Shown: one piece after another, positions 1 through 13,794 of the stretch
Layout: each line of letters begins with the position of its first letter
Position numbering within the stretch: the stretch's first letter is position 1
Assembly (NCBI RefSeq): GCF_964204645.1
Contig: NC_134028.1
Location: 17,367,653-17,431,652 of the forward strand
Direction: 5' to 3'
DNA length: 64,000 bases
DNA from: Tubulanus polymorphus
Lineage: Eukaryota > Animalia > Nemertea
Made by a program: the position numbers and the translations under genes
Notes under the pieces: model-generated
Database searches by the model: none
Seen by the model: the letters and a program-made list of their open reading frames with translations, nothing else
What the model was told of the DNA's origin: nothing

Positions 1-439
1 CGCAGCTGATCCCCGGAACGACGATGTAGTAACACACGTCGATTCGTCGATGTTTACGGCTCGACAGTGCTTTTAAAACCTAAAGTAATAAATTTCCAGT
101 GTATCGGTAATATGATTTGATGAGGAAAATGGGCTATTGTTAAAATCACTGTTTGAAGACCGCGACTGAATTTGAAGTCTGCGGCAATAAATTAGTTCAT
201 TTATACTTGAATTGATAATCGAAGTGACAGTCGGCCTGCGGGTTGATTTCGGGATGACGACTCGAAAAACATGTCGCCCCATTGAATGGGGCTAAATTTT
301 CGATGATTCGTGAAAAAACACGCGGGCTATTTGTAGATCTCAGTGAGCGGAACGATATTATATGGATTGTATATGAAACAGCGGTAAGGTAACAAAGCCT
401 ATGTTCTTTTGGTAAAAATAGTGTGGAAGAAAATAATAA

Positions 440-497
440 TAATAATAATCACGCGGATATCAATAGGGTTTTCTGTGAAATAACAGAAAACCCTAAA
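440..497. repeat. Hairpin end of a Helentron/HINE-like non-autonomous element (tagggttttctgt...acagaaaacccta after an (aat)n run)
   Basis: Perfect short palindrome preceded by ataataataat. It is duplicated in tandem in copy 2 (48700-48806). The family assignment is inferred from general end structure. Confidence 0.45.
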
Positions 498-554
498 TAT
501 AGCTGCAAAGCAGCGATAACGGGTTTTCTGCACAGTCTTAGAATCCTGTTCAAC

Positions 555-770
555 GGTGGATTTTGACGAAGCATTTGATAAGGCACAACATCAGCCATTA
601 CTAAACAGGCTATTAGGAAACAGTTTCAATGATAGGTCGCCCAAATGGCTCAGCAGTTATCTCTGAACGAAAACTTGTAGCCGAAATCAACGGAACGCCT
701 CATCTTGGAATAAGTCGGTCAAACTAGTGGAGTCACGCAAGGTAGTATCCCAAGTTGTCTTCTGTTTAAT
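555..770 (+). pseudogene. Decayed non-LTR (CR1/L2-like) reverse transcriptase fragment
   Basis: Translates to VDFDEAFDK..H..LL..L.....WLSSYL and, after a frameshift, TSGVTQGSIPSCLLFN (compare D..KAFD and GVPQGS.LGPLLF RT motifs). A truncated copy lies at 54927-55110. Confidence 0.75.
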
Positions 771-835
771 GTCCTGACATATGACATACACAGTAATCCA
801 ACATATACCAGACCGAGTAAATTTCTAAATCGACC

Positions 836-1386
836 TTAACACGCTGTTCGACCAAAAAACTTAATGTTCCAACAAGAAAATCTTGTTCGAATGAAAATAA
901 TTCTGTTTGATCGAACAATACGCTTTTTGCTTGAACCAAAAATTTTCTTCATTCTGACAAAAAATGTGTTCGAATAAAAAGCTATGTTATTGTTGAAATG
1001 AAAAAAAATTTGGTTGAGCGAAAACAATTTTTTTCGAACGAATGTTTTAATGAAAACAATTCTGTTCGATTGAACGAAATACTTAATACTTTCGGTTCGG
1101 AGAAAAACTTTTTTTAATATACTTGTTCGAACGAAAAACTTAATGTTCTGACAAGAAAATTCTGTTCAAATTAAAACGATTCTGTTCAGTTGAATGATTG
1201 TTCGAACGAAAAACCTTTCGTTTGGACAAAAAAAAGTTTGTTCAACTTTGTTCTAACGATTTTTTCAAATTGGTTCAATTGTATAGAATATTATTGGTTC
1301 GAACGAAATAAATTTTGTTCCGACGAAAGAATTTCCAAGCGAAAGGTCTTTTGAACGAAAAAAAAAGATATTTCTGGTGCTCCGCA
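836..1386. repeat. Degenerate gttcgaacgaaa-type subterminal repeat array ending ...tggtgctccgca; probable non-autonomous TIR element remnant
   Basis: Many dispersed ttcgaacgaaa / tgttcga motifs. Second copy at ~55180-55743. Confidence 0.45.
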
Positions 1387-1919
1387 GTAACTTAAAGCCA
1401 GACGTAGGTTGTTCTTGTGACACGATGCGATCCTCGCGTTGCATCGCAAGTTTCGATGCAAGTCGCTTGCAATACGATTGTGTGCGACTAGTTTCTGCCA
1501 GTCGCAAGAGCGCGTCGGTTGGTTGTGACAGTCGTGTCGCGTCGCAGAAAGTAGAACACGTACGACTCCATGTGACTGGCGTTGCTGAAAGATGAGGACG
1601 CCAGTGATATGACGACTGAGTTTCAAGTCGTCAAAACGTCACGATATGTCGACATATTCATGTCGAATTGATGCGATATATCGACATAAATATGGTGACT
1701 TGTTGGAACGCAACAACTCGAGGCCCTTTATCGCTTCCGTAGATCTTTCATTAAGTAGGATAACTTGAATGATCGCTTTAATATCACTTTTAAAAAAAAG
1801 AATCTGCCAAAATGACCTTAATATTCGACACTATATCTACGGAAGCGATACGGGGCCTCGAGATCACGCGTTCCAACTCGACAAGTCGCCATATTATTGT
1901 CGACATACCGCGATATATC

Positions 1920-4900
1920 CATTATGAGTTTTCCGGTTTGCTCGGCTACCCGTACTGGCGGGGTAGTCTAGATAGGCAAATGAAAGCTCCGGTTTGCTGA
2001 ACTACCCCTCTTTGCGGGGATGCGGTATGATGTTTGATCTGACAGTTTCAAGTGGTTAATGGGTGTTTCAAGTGCTTACAACGATGCTGATTACTTAATG
2101 TGGTACATGGTGGTTTAAAAAAAGATTTCATAATGATACGCTCAAAGTATAGGCCTACCGCGTGGGCTTCGTAGAAAGACCACTGCCTGTGGCCTTCCCA
2201 AATTTTAATTGTTCTGTCCGATTTGGTTTCGTCCAATTGAAAGACTGCCTTTTCCAGTTAGGGCATTTTTGGATCACATCACTCAGGAAATGACTTACGC
2301 TTTTGGGCCCTTTCGTCGGTCCCACGTGTTTCATTTGAGCTATAGACCACATGGTGACACCATGATGGCCAGAAACTGACCAATTGAGATATTCCCGAGT
2401 CTGAACACCTGACTGCGAATTTCGGAAATTTATCAAGTCATGTTTGTTTTCAAACTACCGAGGTATCATCATTGCAAATTCATAAATTGACCATCACTGA
2501 CCACCACTGACCAATTCAAACTTCTCGAATATGAGAACGATATACAGCGTTATGGTGTCAAACTAGAAAGGATTCGCCATTGAAAATTCATGAATTGACC
2601 ATCACTGACCACCACTGACCAATTGAAACTTCTCGAATGTAAGAAAGATATACCGGTACCGCATTTGGTGTGAAACTAGAAAGCATTCCCCATTAGAATT
2701 CATAAATTGACCTTCACTGACCACCACTGCCCAAGTGAAATTTCTCGAATATCGTCGAATTCGAAAGTGGTTGTCGTCGTATTGTTATTTCTAGAGACCA
2801 GCAGTATGTTTTGCTACTGTTTCTGAATGGCGTTGACATGATGGAAATATATTACTCCTAAATAGGTTACACATCTGGATCACAGCACCTCACTTGCCGC
2901 AGTGCGTAATTTTGACTGCATAGTAATGCTAATACATAAACTTTTTTACTACTTGACTCAAAGCTTGACGCGAATCATCTGAACAGTACTGCGTTTGAAA
3001 ACGAATAGAAAATGTTTGCGAGAAGCACCTGCAAATAAGTTATGATAAGATTAAATCTATGGTTAATCGATGCTTAAAAAAACAATTAAATCACAGGCAA
3101 GATGACTAACAACCGTCTTTCAACCAATCAGCGCGATGCCAATTAATTAAATCATTAAACGCATTAGGCTCCTAATATTTGTAATCATTTGTCGTTCTTT
3201 AAACTTGGCCACTTTTGTTTCAGAAAACCGCGTACTAGACCAGTGGTCACCAAGGCATTAAAAAAGTTTTGAAAATTCGATGTTAACGATTTGTCCGTCA
3301 AAAAACTGTTTCGTTAATATTTCAAGTTTTTTTTACTCTTGTACAGAATTCACTATATGAAAAGTGTTCATAGGAATTGAAATTCGGTGTGATATCAGTC
3401 ACCTGTTACCCATTTTTCATTGTCAGTTCTTTATTGCACTATCATGCGCTCTTCTAAAATATAAAATAACATGTGTGTTTCGTTATAAACAAGGTTAAAT
3501 TCCAAACGCACATGAAATATCACACAATATACACATCTAGCATTTTCTCTAACTAGGCCCTTTCCAAATGGAAATTGTTTAGTTTTTTAACGGCCGACAT
3601 TCAGAAGCACCTAAAAACCAGTGGTAGCGCTTGAGATTTTCAGTGTAGGTCACATCTCACATCGACTCGGCTCGCAGTCGGTTCGTTTAATGGGAACACA
3701 TCTGGTTGACACTAGTTTCACAGTTGACGAAATCAGAAAACTTTTTTCAAATGCCTTTGCTAACATCTTAAACATAGTATTCTTCTTAATTACATTTCGT
3801 TGATTCCATAGATATGTTTTTATGAAAATTGCTCCAGTTATAACGGATTCAAAATATTCAATTTTCTCTGCTTTTGAAGAAATTCTGACACAATATCATC
3901 TCCACTCGACACATGATTTTACTTCGGCGCCTTTAAGGGAGTGTCCCTTAAAGTTGAGTTCTTACTTAGTCAAACAAGGAGATATGCCTGATTCCTTTTT
4001 AAAATTTAGATTTCGACAGATATCATCAAATTACTAGAAAGGGACAGCAGCGTTCGGTCATCCACGAAAAATACCTAAAATGCAGTCCTAGGGTTATGGA
4101 AAAACAGGACACGAAACATACAGAAAAGTCCTTTGTTTGGTTGACTGAAATTATCATTGAACTCTTAAATAGCGACATTCAGAGAAACAAAAACATAAGA
4201 ATATAATCTCGCCCACCCGTTAAAAAACATAACGTAATGATATGAGGCCATGTGTCATCTTTAATTGAAATCACATTATATTCATTCTCATGCGAGGATG
4301 GGTCTCCAAATTCATAGGATAAGGAGAATAATGGTTTGAATGATGAATACAACTGATAAAGCGCCAATTTCACTGATTCTTGCATATAAATGCTCAAAGG
4401 CGCTTTACAGTAATCGAGTAAACAGGTGCGTTTTTAGGAGTCTTTTGAATTTGAATTCAAATCGGGTGTTCATGACGACTATAGGCGCTTTTACGAAACT
4501 GAATCTTTGTAAATCGATTTAAGTTTCACGTTTACGGCACGCGGTTTAGTGAATCCAATTTGGTAAATCAACTCGTTTATGGACGCGGTTTAGTAAATTG
4601 ATTTATTAAATCGACTAACTTGCTCGGCGAGCAAGTTAGTGGCGATTTAGTCAGTGAAATCCAACATGGCGTCCTCTTCGACCGCGGGCTAAAGACATCT
4701 ATTGCAGACCATCATCTATCAATAATTCGGTCACCATTGACGCCCATTTTCTTTCGAATCGCGACCTTTAGATTGATAAATTGATTCGACTCATTTACGA
4801 AAAACGATTCGATTTACTAATCCTTACGTTTTCCAACATCGAATCGGATTTAGCTAAACCGAATCAGATTCAATTTCGTAAAAGCGCCTTAAAATTAGCA

Positions 4901-7900
4901 TTCTAGGGCTGGAGCAAGAAACGTGTGGGATCGTCCGCCAAGGTATCGCTAAGGAGTCAGTCCGTGGTGGCTTTTGAAAGCGACGACCGCATATGAATGC
5001 ATTGATTGAATGACATCTCAAAAGTCAGATTATATAAAATTAAACATGATATACGGATAGGTTCTTCCAATTAGGCCTATACTGGTAAAAATGAAATGAC
5101 CCAATATGTGATATAAATGTTCAATCAAAAAGTAGAAAGTGAATCCGTAATTCAGTATGGTAGGCCTATTGTTACAACATCAAACACTCAAATTCAATCC
5201 TTTGTTGAATTGGAAGCCAGTGTAGATGAGCAAGTATCGTAGTCCCTGATTTTAGTTATCGTAATAATTCAAGCCACGTGATTTTGAACTGTTCAACAAG
5301 TTGGAGTTTGTGTAAAGATGAATGAGTTTGAAATGGAGTGGACTTCAGATATTACTGTTTGCATGCCTATGTCTATTACTTAATCTTTTTACTAATCATA
5401 GAAAATTGTGGTAAAATATTTGACTCGACGGTTGGTTTTAGATTGTATCTCTCCAAGCCAGAGGTAATCACGGATATCGGACTACAAAAAAATTCCTTGT
5501 GTAAAGCTCAACTTTGTAAATTCCTGGAAAAGCTCGCCTCGGATATTTCAATAATGATTAAACATTAATTTTCCCAACGAAAAACCTAAACAACCAATGT
5601 ACGCTTGCTTTAAGTTTACCAATGCACTATCGTTGCTTATTCTAGCTATTTGTACTGTTTGCCGCAAAAAGATTGCATCCTCTATTACAGGATTTAAGGA
5701 TAAAACTCTAAAACCAGTTAGTTTAAATTAACCATTATACAATATGATACATGACCAAATACACTGTTAATATGAAAAAGATCCAATATGTACACATTTC
5801 AAATCTCAAACCAAGTTTTATCATCAGAAAATAACGACACAACGTTCGATCGTTCACTAGAGATCATCTTTTTGAATTTGTACACAGTGAATTTTCGTAT
5901 CGTATTATGGTATTATCAATTCTCCGCATTTGAGTGTGACTATTCTACGAATACAAAGTTATTTTTAGCAATGAAGTTTTAATTGTCATTTTAAATGTTA
6001 ACTATCCACTGGTATGTAAACTTCCTAACTTTTGGCAACTGACCTCAAATCGTGGAATGGGCTCAGGTAGCCTGCTGATCCACTCTTCATTAATACTACA
6101 CACTAAAGAAATATTCAGTATAAGAAGTAAAAAGTATATTAAAGTACTATTTATCTTTATATCGCAATAATTTGTGTACGTATGATTGAAAAACGATATT
6201 CTATGGAGTCTCGTGTTACGTACTTATGATTATTGTGTATAAGATCAATAATTAGCAACCTTCCACGGATACGAAGCGGCCTAAGTTTACATCCTACCAT
6301 AATTTTCTCTAAACTCTCAGCATTATATCAAGATCGGTCTTAGAAAATATATGAAGGACGTGTTCACAGGTTAACGAGGCCAAAAATCTTCCTCAAAATT
6401 TCAAATTTTTACGAGCAAAGATAATGTACTTCATGCTTTTGGTGCAGAAATAATGGATGTCCACAAATTGCAAATTGTGTTTTCAAAGTAAACGATCCGA
6501 CTGTGGAATTGTTTCGAATTCAGGGTTCTCCCATTTACTCTCCGGTATTTTACAATGTTTCAATAAGATACGTTAGTCGCACTTTTGTTGTGATACAGCT
6601 TTCTCTATTGGTCAGCGTTGTGATCACTTAAAATTACCCATAAGTTTGAATTCTCACTGAACTACTACATCCCTTATAACGAATATATATTTCATATGAG
6701 GCGATTAACTTTGATGATCTGCGGTCAATGGACAGCAGTTACGAAACATTCAAAACTACTACATTATCTTCCATCTATTCATTATTCATATATATGATAT
6801 GATATGATATGATATGATATAATATCTCCTTTAGTGTTCAGTTTAAACGTCTTGAACGCAAAAGTTTGACAAGTTTCGCATAATGGTACCGATACGCACG
6901 TTCACACTAGTGAAATGTGCACGTTACAGGCTCAAATGCGCACGTTACAATTACAAATCGAAACGTTGTTCGTTCAAAACCCGATGTGAAAATCTTTTGC
7001 ATTTAGTGGGAAATTTCAAAGTTAGCTCGCTTCCTACAACAAAAATTGGACAAGACTTTTAAAACGACACAATTAATAAGAGTAGTACTGACGAAGGATT
7101 CAGGCAATACTCCGTGTTATTTCTAAAAACATTTAACCGGTAATTAGACAGTACTGGTGTAGCTTGTACAGGTAAAAGAGTTATTATATTTACGTTCAGA
7201 CCGAATGAAATTATTTGATACGAGACACGACTAAGTTGTGTCAGAAACAGATAAATATAGCTATGTGGTCAGTATTGGTCAAGATTTGGTCACTTGAATA
7301 GTTGTTAGATGAAAGCCCACACCATTTCTAATTATTTGACACCAAACACGACTGTGTTGCTTCTAGAATAAACAAATTACTTTAAGGTCAGTATTGGTAA
7401 AATATTGGTCAGTTAAATAGTTGTTAGATCATAGCCCGCACCGTATCTAGTAGCTCGACGCCCAAACACGATTTTATTGCTTTACTTAACATATAAATTA
7501 CATATGGTGGGTTCTAGTTAGTGGTAACTGGTCAGTACTGGTCAAGCATTGGTCAGTTAAACAATTTTTAGTTTAATGTCCACATTATATTTAGTTATTT
7601 GACACCAAATAACTTAATTGTTTGCAAAACAGATAATTTACTATATAGCCAGTACTGGTCATGCATTGGTCAGTTGATAGACCAAGGTCCACGCCACGAG
7701 TTATTTGATACTAAACATTATTGTGTCGTTTCGGAAAATTTTTCTGTTGGGCAATTTGTGGTCAGCCCTGGTTCGTTAGTTCTTATTTTGCGGGCATTTT
7801 ATCTCGAACCACCGAAAGACTGAATTACTAATTAATTCAACAGATCATTAATTAATGGAAATGAAGATCAGTGTTAACTAAGCCCTTAGTCTGAATAAAA

Positions 7901-8131
7901 TGTATGTGGTATTATATGGGTGCTATGGTGCTGTTCAACGAACTGTAACTTTTTATTTTCACTACTACCGTAATTGACTATGATGTTTTCAAGTGGTCTT
8001 AAGTACCGCTAATAGCCGAAAGTCGTTGATTTATGTGAAATTTACACACAGCGCCACCCGTTGGTAGTAAAAGTCACCCGAGCAATACGGGTGTTAAATA
8101 GATACGCTAGCAAACCGGCATTCTCATAATG
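1920..8131. mobile_element. ~6.2-kb non-coding TIR element (CATTATGAG...CTCATAATG), no target-site duplication
   Basis: Imperfect ~23-bp TIRs cattatgagttttccggtttgct / agcaaaccggcattctcataatg. TGACCA subterminal arrays at ~2380-2750 are mirrored by TGGTCA arrays at ~7260-7770. The empty site gatatatc|gcgtcaag is visible at 62040/62041. Confidence 0.8.
4483..4889. mobile_element. ~407-bp MITE, PIF/Harbinger-like
   Basis: Perfect TIRs aggcgcttttacgaaa / tttcgtaaaagcgcct. Absent at the equivalent position in copy 2 (~59083). Confidence 0.75.
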
Positions 8132-9139
8132 GCGTCAAGTCGACATGAATATGTCGATATATCGTGACGTTTTGACGACATATTTCGTTTTCTCAACCAT
8201 TTCCCTCGCGACAAGTCGACATATTCATGACGACTTGAAACTCAGTCGCCATATTACTAGCCTCCTCATCTTACATTTAGACATGTCTTCAAATACGGAA
8301 GCGATAAGGGGCCTCGAGATGTCGCGTTCCAACTCGACAAGTCGTCATATTTATGTCGATATATCGCGTCAAGTCGATATGAATATGTCGATATATCGTG
8401 ACGTTTTGACGACATATTCCGTTTTCTCGACCATTTTCCTCGCGACAAGTCGATATATTTATGACGACTTGATACTCAGTCGTCTTATTTCTGGTGTCTT
8501 CGTCTTCTATATCGGCGCGTCGTCAAATTTATGGCGACTTGTCGTGACCTTATTGCGACTTGTCGACAAAAAATGTCGTCATGTCACGAAGTTTATTCGA
8601 CAAATCAACTTTCCAATGTCGACTGTGAAGCCGTGTCACTGAAATCATGTCGTCAGATCGCGATAGCCTTCTCGATAACTCGACAAAATTTTGTCGACTA
8701 GTGAGGATACACCGACAAGTCGATGCAGATACGTCGACTTGTTTTGACGTCGCGAAAAGTGTCCTAATTTGTACATGCAACCGATGCAGGCCTACCACCG
8801 TTACCAGTGCCGCTGACATACACAGGTCCAAGGAATCGTTTGTGTGTCCCAGTAAGTACATACTGATATGCACGCTGGAATCTTTCAGTCCAACTAAATG
8901 GACGTATCAGCAAGCACTATGGTGCACAGGCGAAGGCTCATTGTGCCATTTCAGTACATAGATATGTTACAAAATTAGTCTATATGGCCCTTTTAAGAAA
9001 ATTCACCCATCCCCTTCCGAAATATAAAAAAAAATTACAGGGCGTCCACGTTGCACCTGAATGTTTACAAGCAGGCCTTACGTTTTTATTGACACGTTTT
9101 GTTCTCACGTTTTATCTCATGTAATTATCATTTCAGGAG

Positions 9140-10330
9140 ATGGATATAGATGTCTTAGTCCGTCATTATTTTGAAAGAATGTACACCGTGACAGAAATTC
9201 GAGCCTCTTTGGAAACCAATCACAGTATACTCATCAGTGAACGGACAATAAAACGCATTAAGAGGAGACTAGGATTGAGGATTCGGCGGGCAGAAGATCA
9301 TATTCAGTTAATCAGACTTATTTTGGAACTACATCAATCTGGTTATGAAAATTACGGTTACAGGAGCATTTGGAGGCTCCTCAATGTGGTGCATGGTGTC
9401 CGAGTCTCCCAAGATACCGTCCGACAATTCCTTGAAGCAATTGATCCCGAAGGTGTTTCTCTCCGTCGACACCGTCGCTTCCGGAGGAGACAATATATCA
9501 GTCAAGGTCCAAATTTTCTCATTCACATCGATGGCTACGATAAGCTAAAACCTTTCGGTATTGCCATCCACGCTGCAATAGATGGTTATTCTCGAAAGCT
9601 TCTTTGGCTCAAATGTGGACCGTCTAACAATAACCCCCGATACATTGCGCAATTTTACCTGGATTTCTTGAAAGAAATAGGGCGAGTACCGAGACTGCTA
9701 AGATGTGACCGAGGGACAGAAAATGCTATTTTGAGGGACATGCAAATTGTACTAAGATTCTCTCATGGCGACCTTATGCGTGGGATGAATAGCTTTATGT
9801 ATGGTAGATCGACTGCTAACCAACGAATTGAACGTTTCTGGTCACGACTTAGATTAAACTTCACTGACTTCTGGCGAAATATCTTCCTGGACATGAGGGA
9901 CACGGGCATATTTCATGACGCCGATGCCATACATGTACAATGTCTCCGATTCTGTTTCCTGCCTGTAATTCAACGACACCTAGACACGTACAGGACCATG
10001 TGGAATTCGCACCGAATAAGGCAGCAACGAAATGGGGAAGGGGGTTTCATTCCCAATATTGCATACGAATCGTGTGAGTTATTTGGGGCCGTCGATCACT
10101 CTTTCCCTTTATCGTGTCGTGTTGATGACCTAGATGAAGTATTTGGAGAATACGTTGACGAATATCCTGAAAGAGGGTGTAGCACTGAATTCTTAGACTT
10201 CATTCGCCGTGCTTGTCGAGCACAGAATAATCAACTTCCTCTTCCTACGTCACCCGATGATGCACTGCAACTTTTCCGAGCAGTTATTGCAGTGATCGAA
10301 ACGATTCAAGATCGTAACTTTATGAGATGA
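9140..10330 (+). CDS. IS3EU-like DDE transposase / rve integrase-core protein, 396 aa, intact
   Basis: N-terminal HTH-like region, GYR motif, GPNFLIHIDGYDKLKPFGIAIHAAIDGYSRK (D1), RCDRGTEN (D2), NQRIERFW (E), WNSHRIR. Splice acceptor ending at 9136 just before the ATG, and AATAAA at ~10387. Confidence 0.88.
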   Translation: MDIDVLVRHYFERMYTVTEIRASLETNHSILISERTIKRIKRRLGLRIRRAEDHIQLIRLILELHQSGYENYGYRSIWRLLNVVHGVRVSQDTVRQFLEAIDPEGVSLRRHRRFRRRQYISQGPNFLIHIDGYDKLKPFGIAIHAAIDGYSRKLLWLKCGPSNNNPRYIAQFYLDFLKEIGRVPRLLRCDRGTENAILRDMQIVLRFSHGDLMRGMNSFMYGRSTANQRIERFWSRLRLNFTDFWRNIFLDMRDTGIFHDADAIHVQCLRFCFLPVIQRHLDTYRTMWNSHRIRQQRNGEGGFIPNIAYESCELFGAVDHSFPLSCRVDDLDEVFGEYVDEYPERGCSTEFLDFIRRACRAQNNQLPLPTSPDDALQLFRAVIAVIETIQDRNFMR

Positions 10331-11099
10331 AATTGTAATATGTGTTCACATGTCAAATATCAAACATATACTTTGATTAGTAATTCAATAAAATGTGATG
10401 AAGATAATCGATAAATTTTTCAATTCTATGAATTATTAGAAATTCTGAGACAACAATTTTGAGGATTCAAGGACGATTATCAAATAGTATACCGAGCTAA
10501 AAACTGTCCTTTGTTACACGACGGGCAGCTTTTTACCCACTGGAAAAGTTGAATTTCTAAACCAGGTCCCACCACCTTAATGAAGATTCAACCTTGCCTT
10601 TTGAGATGACGATGAAAATTAGTCTGAATGGAGGTTTGAGGTTTGTACTGTGGACTGACTGGTCGTAAAGCTATACCCCATTTCATAACATCCGGTTGAA
10701 CATTAAAAATGAATAAAAAAAAAAAGAAATCAAGGACATTCAAAAAGAACAAAGTATAACTGATGGTCCCAATCCTGATAAATGTTGGAATAGAGAAAAT
10801 TGATTAATTATTCATTAATTAATTACTCATTTAATATTGATTAATGTTCCCGAAGTTTTCGGTTTTCGATGGATACCACACTTAAAATGATTCTGAAGAT
10901 TGCAAACTTTTTATAAACTTTTCAACTCACATACATTTTTCCATCAGAGGCATAATGACAGCCGTTACAGGCTAAGGTTTATCTGCCGATATCTTGTAAA
11001 CTAATCGAGATAGAACAGAAGTTAAAACGGTTTTCAACAGAAAAGGACGTGTGGCTTTCAGATGATATACGTTTGGTGGCAGTATCATAAAAACCAGGC

Positions 11100-11204
11100 T
11101 GCAGTTCCACAGTTCGGAATTAAGATTTGACCCTGAGTTAACACATTGAAAATGAACTAATTTTAACTCAGAGTTAACTCTAACTCACAACTGTGGAACC
11201 GGGT
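11100..11204. mobile_element. ~105-bp palindromic MITE; second copy inverted at ~25437-25543
   Basis: gttccacagtt...aactgtggaac termini with internal gagttaa/ttaactc repeats, shared by both copies. Confidence 0.6.
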
Positions 11205-11659
11205 CTAGGTTGCAGTTATTACCGGTACTTAATTAAGAGGGAATTTGTCACTACTATAAAGTACACTGTTACACTGTACTGTGTTAAATCTTGGAGTAAT
11301 CATCCAAGGTTAAATGATGCTCACAGTCATTTTAGTAACATTCCCATATGCTTCCCACGTGCGAGAAAGTAAGCCCGATCAAAAATAGAGTCCGGGTCGG
11401 CTGAAGCCCCATTGAATCCGCGCCTGCTTACTAAAAAAAATTTAACCGGGCGTTCATCTTATCAGAATACATAAGATCGATCTACGAGCAATTAAAATGA
11501 TCTTGCTCGTAGATCGATCTTATGTACTCTAGGCTACCCCTGCTATGGAGAAGGAAAACACAAGGCAGAACTGAGGGCATAGATGATTAGAAGTTGAAAA
11601 CAATAGGAATAACTTCCAGTTGTTTTTAGCACATCGCATCCCAAAGGTCCAGTTGCGAT

Positions 11660-12520
11660 CCTCATCCTCTCCTCTTTAACCTAATTCTACATGCAACCTT
11701 TGGCTTTTAATAACTCGTCCTTATCTCTAAGTCAGCGTCTTCAGAAGGCTCTAGGCAATCTCGACACCTACTGTAGAAAGTGGGGCTTTACAGTGAACTA
11801 GAATAAAACTAAGATTGTAATTTTTAATAAAGGAGGAAATCTCCTTAATAATCACACTTTTTACTATGATGGTTTGGTGATTGAAATTGTCCGTAACTAT
11901 TGCTACTTGGGTATATTATTTTCTGCCTCGTAAATTTAATAATGCTTTTTAACGGCTTCTAGATCATGCAAAAAAGGCTATGTTTAAATTTTAACGTCCA
12001 TCAATGTTAGAAACAATATCACTATCGCCTACAAACTTTTAATCTTTTTGCACCTATCATGTTATATTGTGCTGAAGTTTGGGTGTCAGCTATTTGGATG
12101 GCGTCAGCTCAACCAATTTGCATAATGTTTGTGAATCAATCCCAGATAGAAGGTTGATGTTGAGGTTTGCAGAGTAAAAAAAAAACAATTGTCAAATGCC
12201 GCAGTTAGGTGAACTAGTCCAATTTCCACTTCTCATCAGAATCATTCCAACAATTTCACGTTACTGGAACGACAGTGGAACCTCGTTACAGTGAACTTCA
12301 TGAACCTTCATATCAAATCAACCTCCCAGCTGGGGTAAGTCTATAGCTGCCTCTCTGTCACTTCAATTTTTAACTGTCTGTGGGAAAACCAAGGCTCTTT
12401 GTTTATTAATCAAATCTCCCTTTCTCCCTCTCATCCTAAAGAATGGTTAGCTTATATAAATGGCTCTTCTAGTAATCCTCTTTTAAGAACCTACCGAGAA
12501 ACTAGTCAGCTCTCACAAGC
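11660..12520 (+). pseudogene. Decayed LINE (CR1/L2/Crack-like) RT C-terminal fragment
   Basis: Translates to LQKALGNLDTYCRKWGFTVN*NKTKIVIFNKGG...IEIVRNYCYLGILFS with stops and frameshifts. Confidence 0.8.
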
Positions 12521-13794
12521 TTTCTATAGACAAGGTATCAATTTTTCGCCTGAGGCCTGAGGAAGCGTTTGCACTTCATAAAAGTTCCACTTTCATGCAA
12601 ATGGAGCCCAAAGACAGAGCTGGCTACGGGCTTAAGGACCTTGGCAAAAAACTGTAATGTGAAATGTCAAGACATGGTCAGGAACCTTGACGGACCAGAC
12701 TGGAAAAAAAATAAACAACAATTTCAAACGTATAAGAAGTTTATTCAGACACGTACGGTATACATGAAAATTGGATAACACCAAATAACACCATTGCACA
12801 TATACACCATTTCTGTAACACTACATGTCCAACTATTAATCAGTCGCTACTTTTTCTGTATATATTTCACTACCAAATCTGCATACACGCAAGTTAAAAA
12901 CGTTCAGGTCCCGTAGCTTAGAAACAAGTTTGCTACTGCTAATTGTAAAAGATCTTTTTCTGCTTATAAAAAGAAAATGAACACTAACACTGGTACCCCA
13001 CTAACCTAAGCACCGAGTGGGTTTAAAACAATTACATGCTTAAAATAAAAACAAAATGAAAGACATTTCTCTTGCATATGTCAGAAAACGAAGCTCTTCT
13101 CATGCTCGATGATTATAAATCTATCTGGTCATAGCTAGGTGTTTAAGGTAGCTAGTTGTTTCAACTCTCTCTCTCCCAAGCGTCTAAAACCCTACTAGGG
13201 CGTAGTGTACTCAAAAATACAAAATACACATTCATTTTTCAGTCAAAGAATATAGTATTTGAATACACAACTTTGATCTATAAAATAAGTTTATTCCGTG
13301 AAGTTTAAAAAGAATAGTTTTCCTTCAACTCTCTACACTATTACTTAGAATCATATGTTTCATAGAATCCTTACATTTTGAGTCTAGAGTTTAGATACTA
13401 TGCAAACTAACTACCTTAAGTCCAAGCCTAAAACTGGCCACTGCTAATGAAATATGTGTATTTATACATATCTTAAAACTCTTAAAACCTAAACAGGCTA
13501 AAACAAAATAGTGGAATGGTGTATCTATCAGGGTTCTTACAGATAAGGAAATAGAAAAATCCCTGATTTAAAGAAAAGTCAGTATTCCCTGATGTTCCCC
13601 AGCAAGGAAAAATAAATCTGGAACTAGGCACGTCTCCTCGAGGTAAGGGAACAGTAAAGGGGCAAGAAATTGAAACTGCATACTCCATAAACAGCTGAGT
13701 TTATTTAACTGTTCATCGAGTTTGTAAGAATTATTGTCTTTACTCTCATATCAAGTTTCATAGATATCAATCAAATATACCAACCAGGCTGTTG

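Noticed and set aside
8145-8961. ORFs of 100-165 aa in the gtcgac-rich sequence (also 14400-14900, 27838-28529, 61952-62531)
   Set aside because: They lie in TIR/MITE repeats with no protein motifs, and frames are not conserved between copies.
10480-10710. Possible extra minus-strand exon remnants here and at 12540-12700
   Set aside because: The candidate frames contain stops and no recognisable domain, so they cannot be supported.
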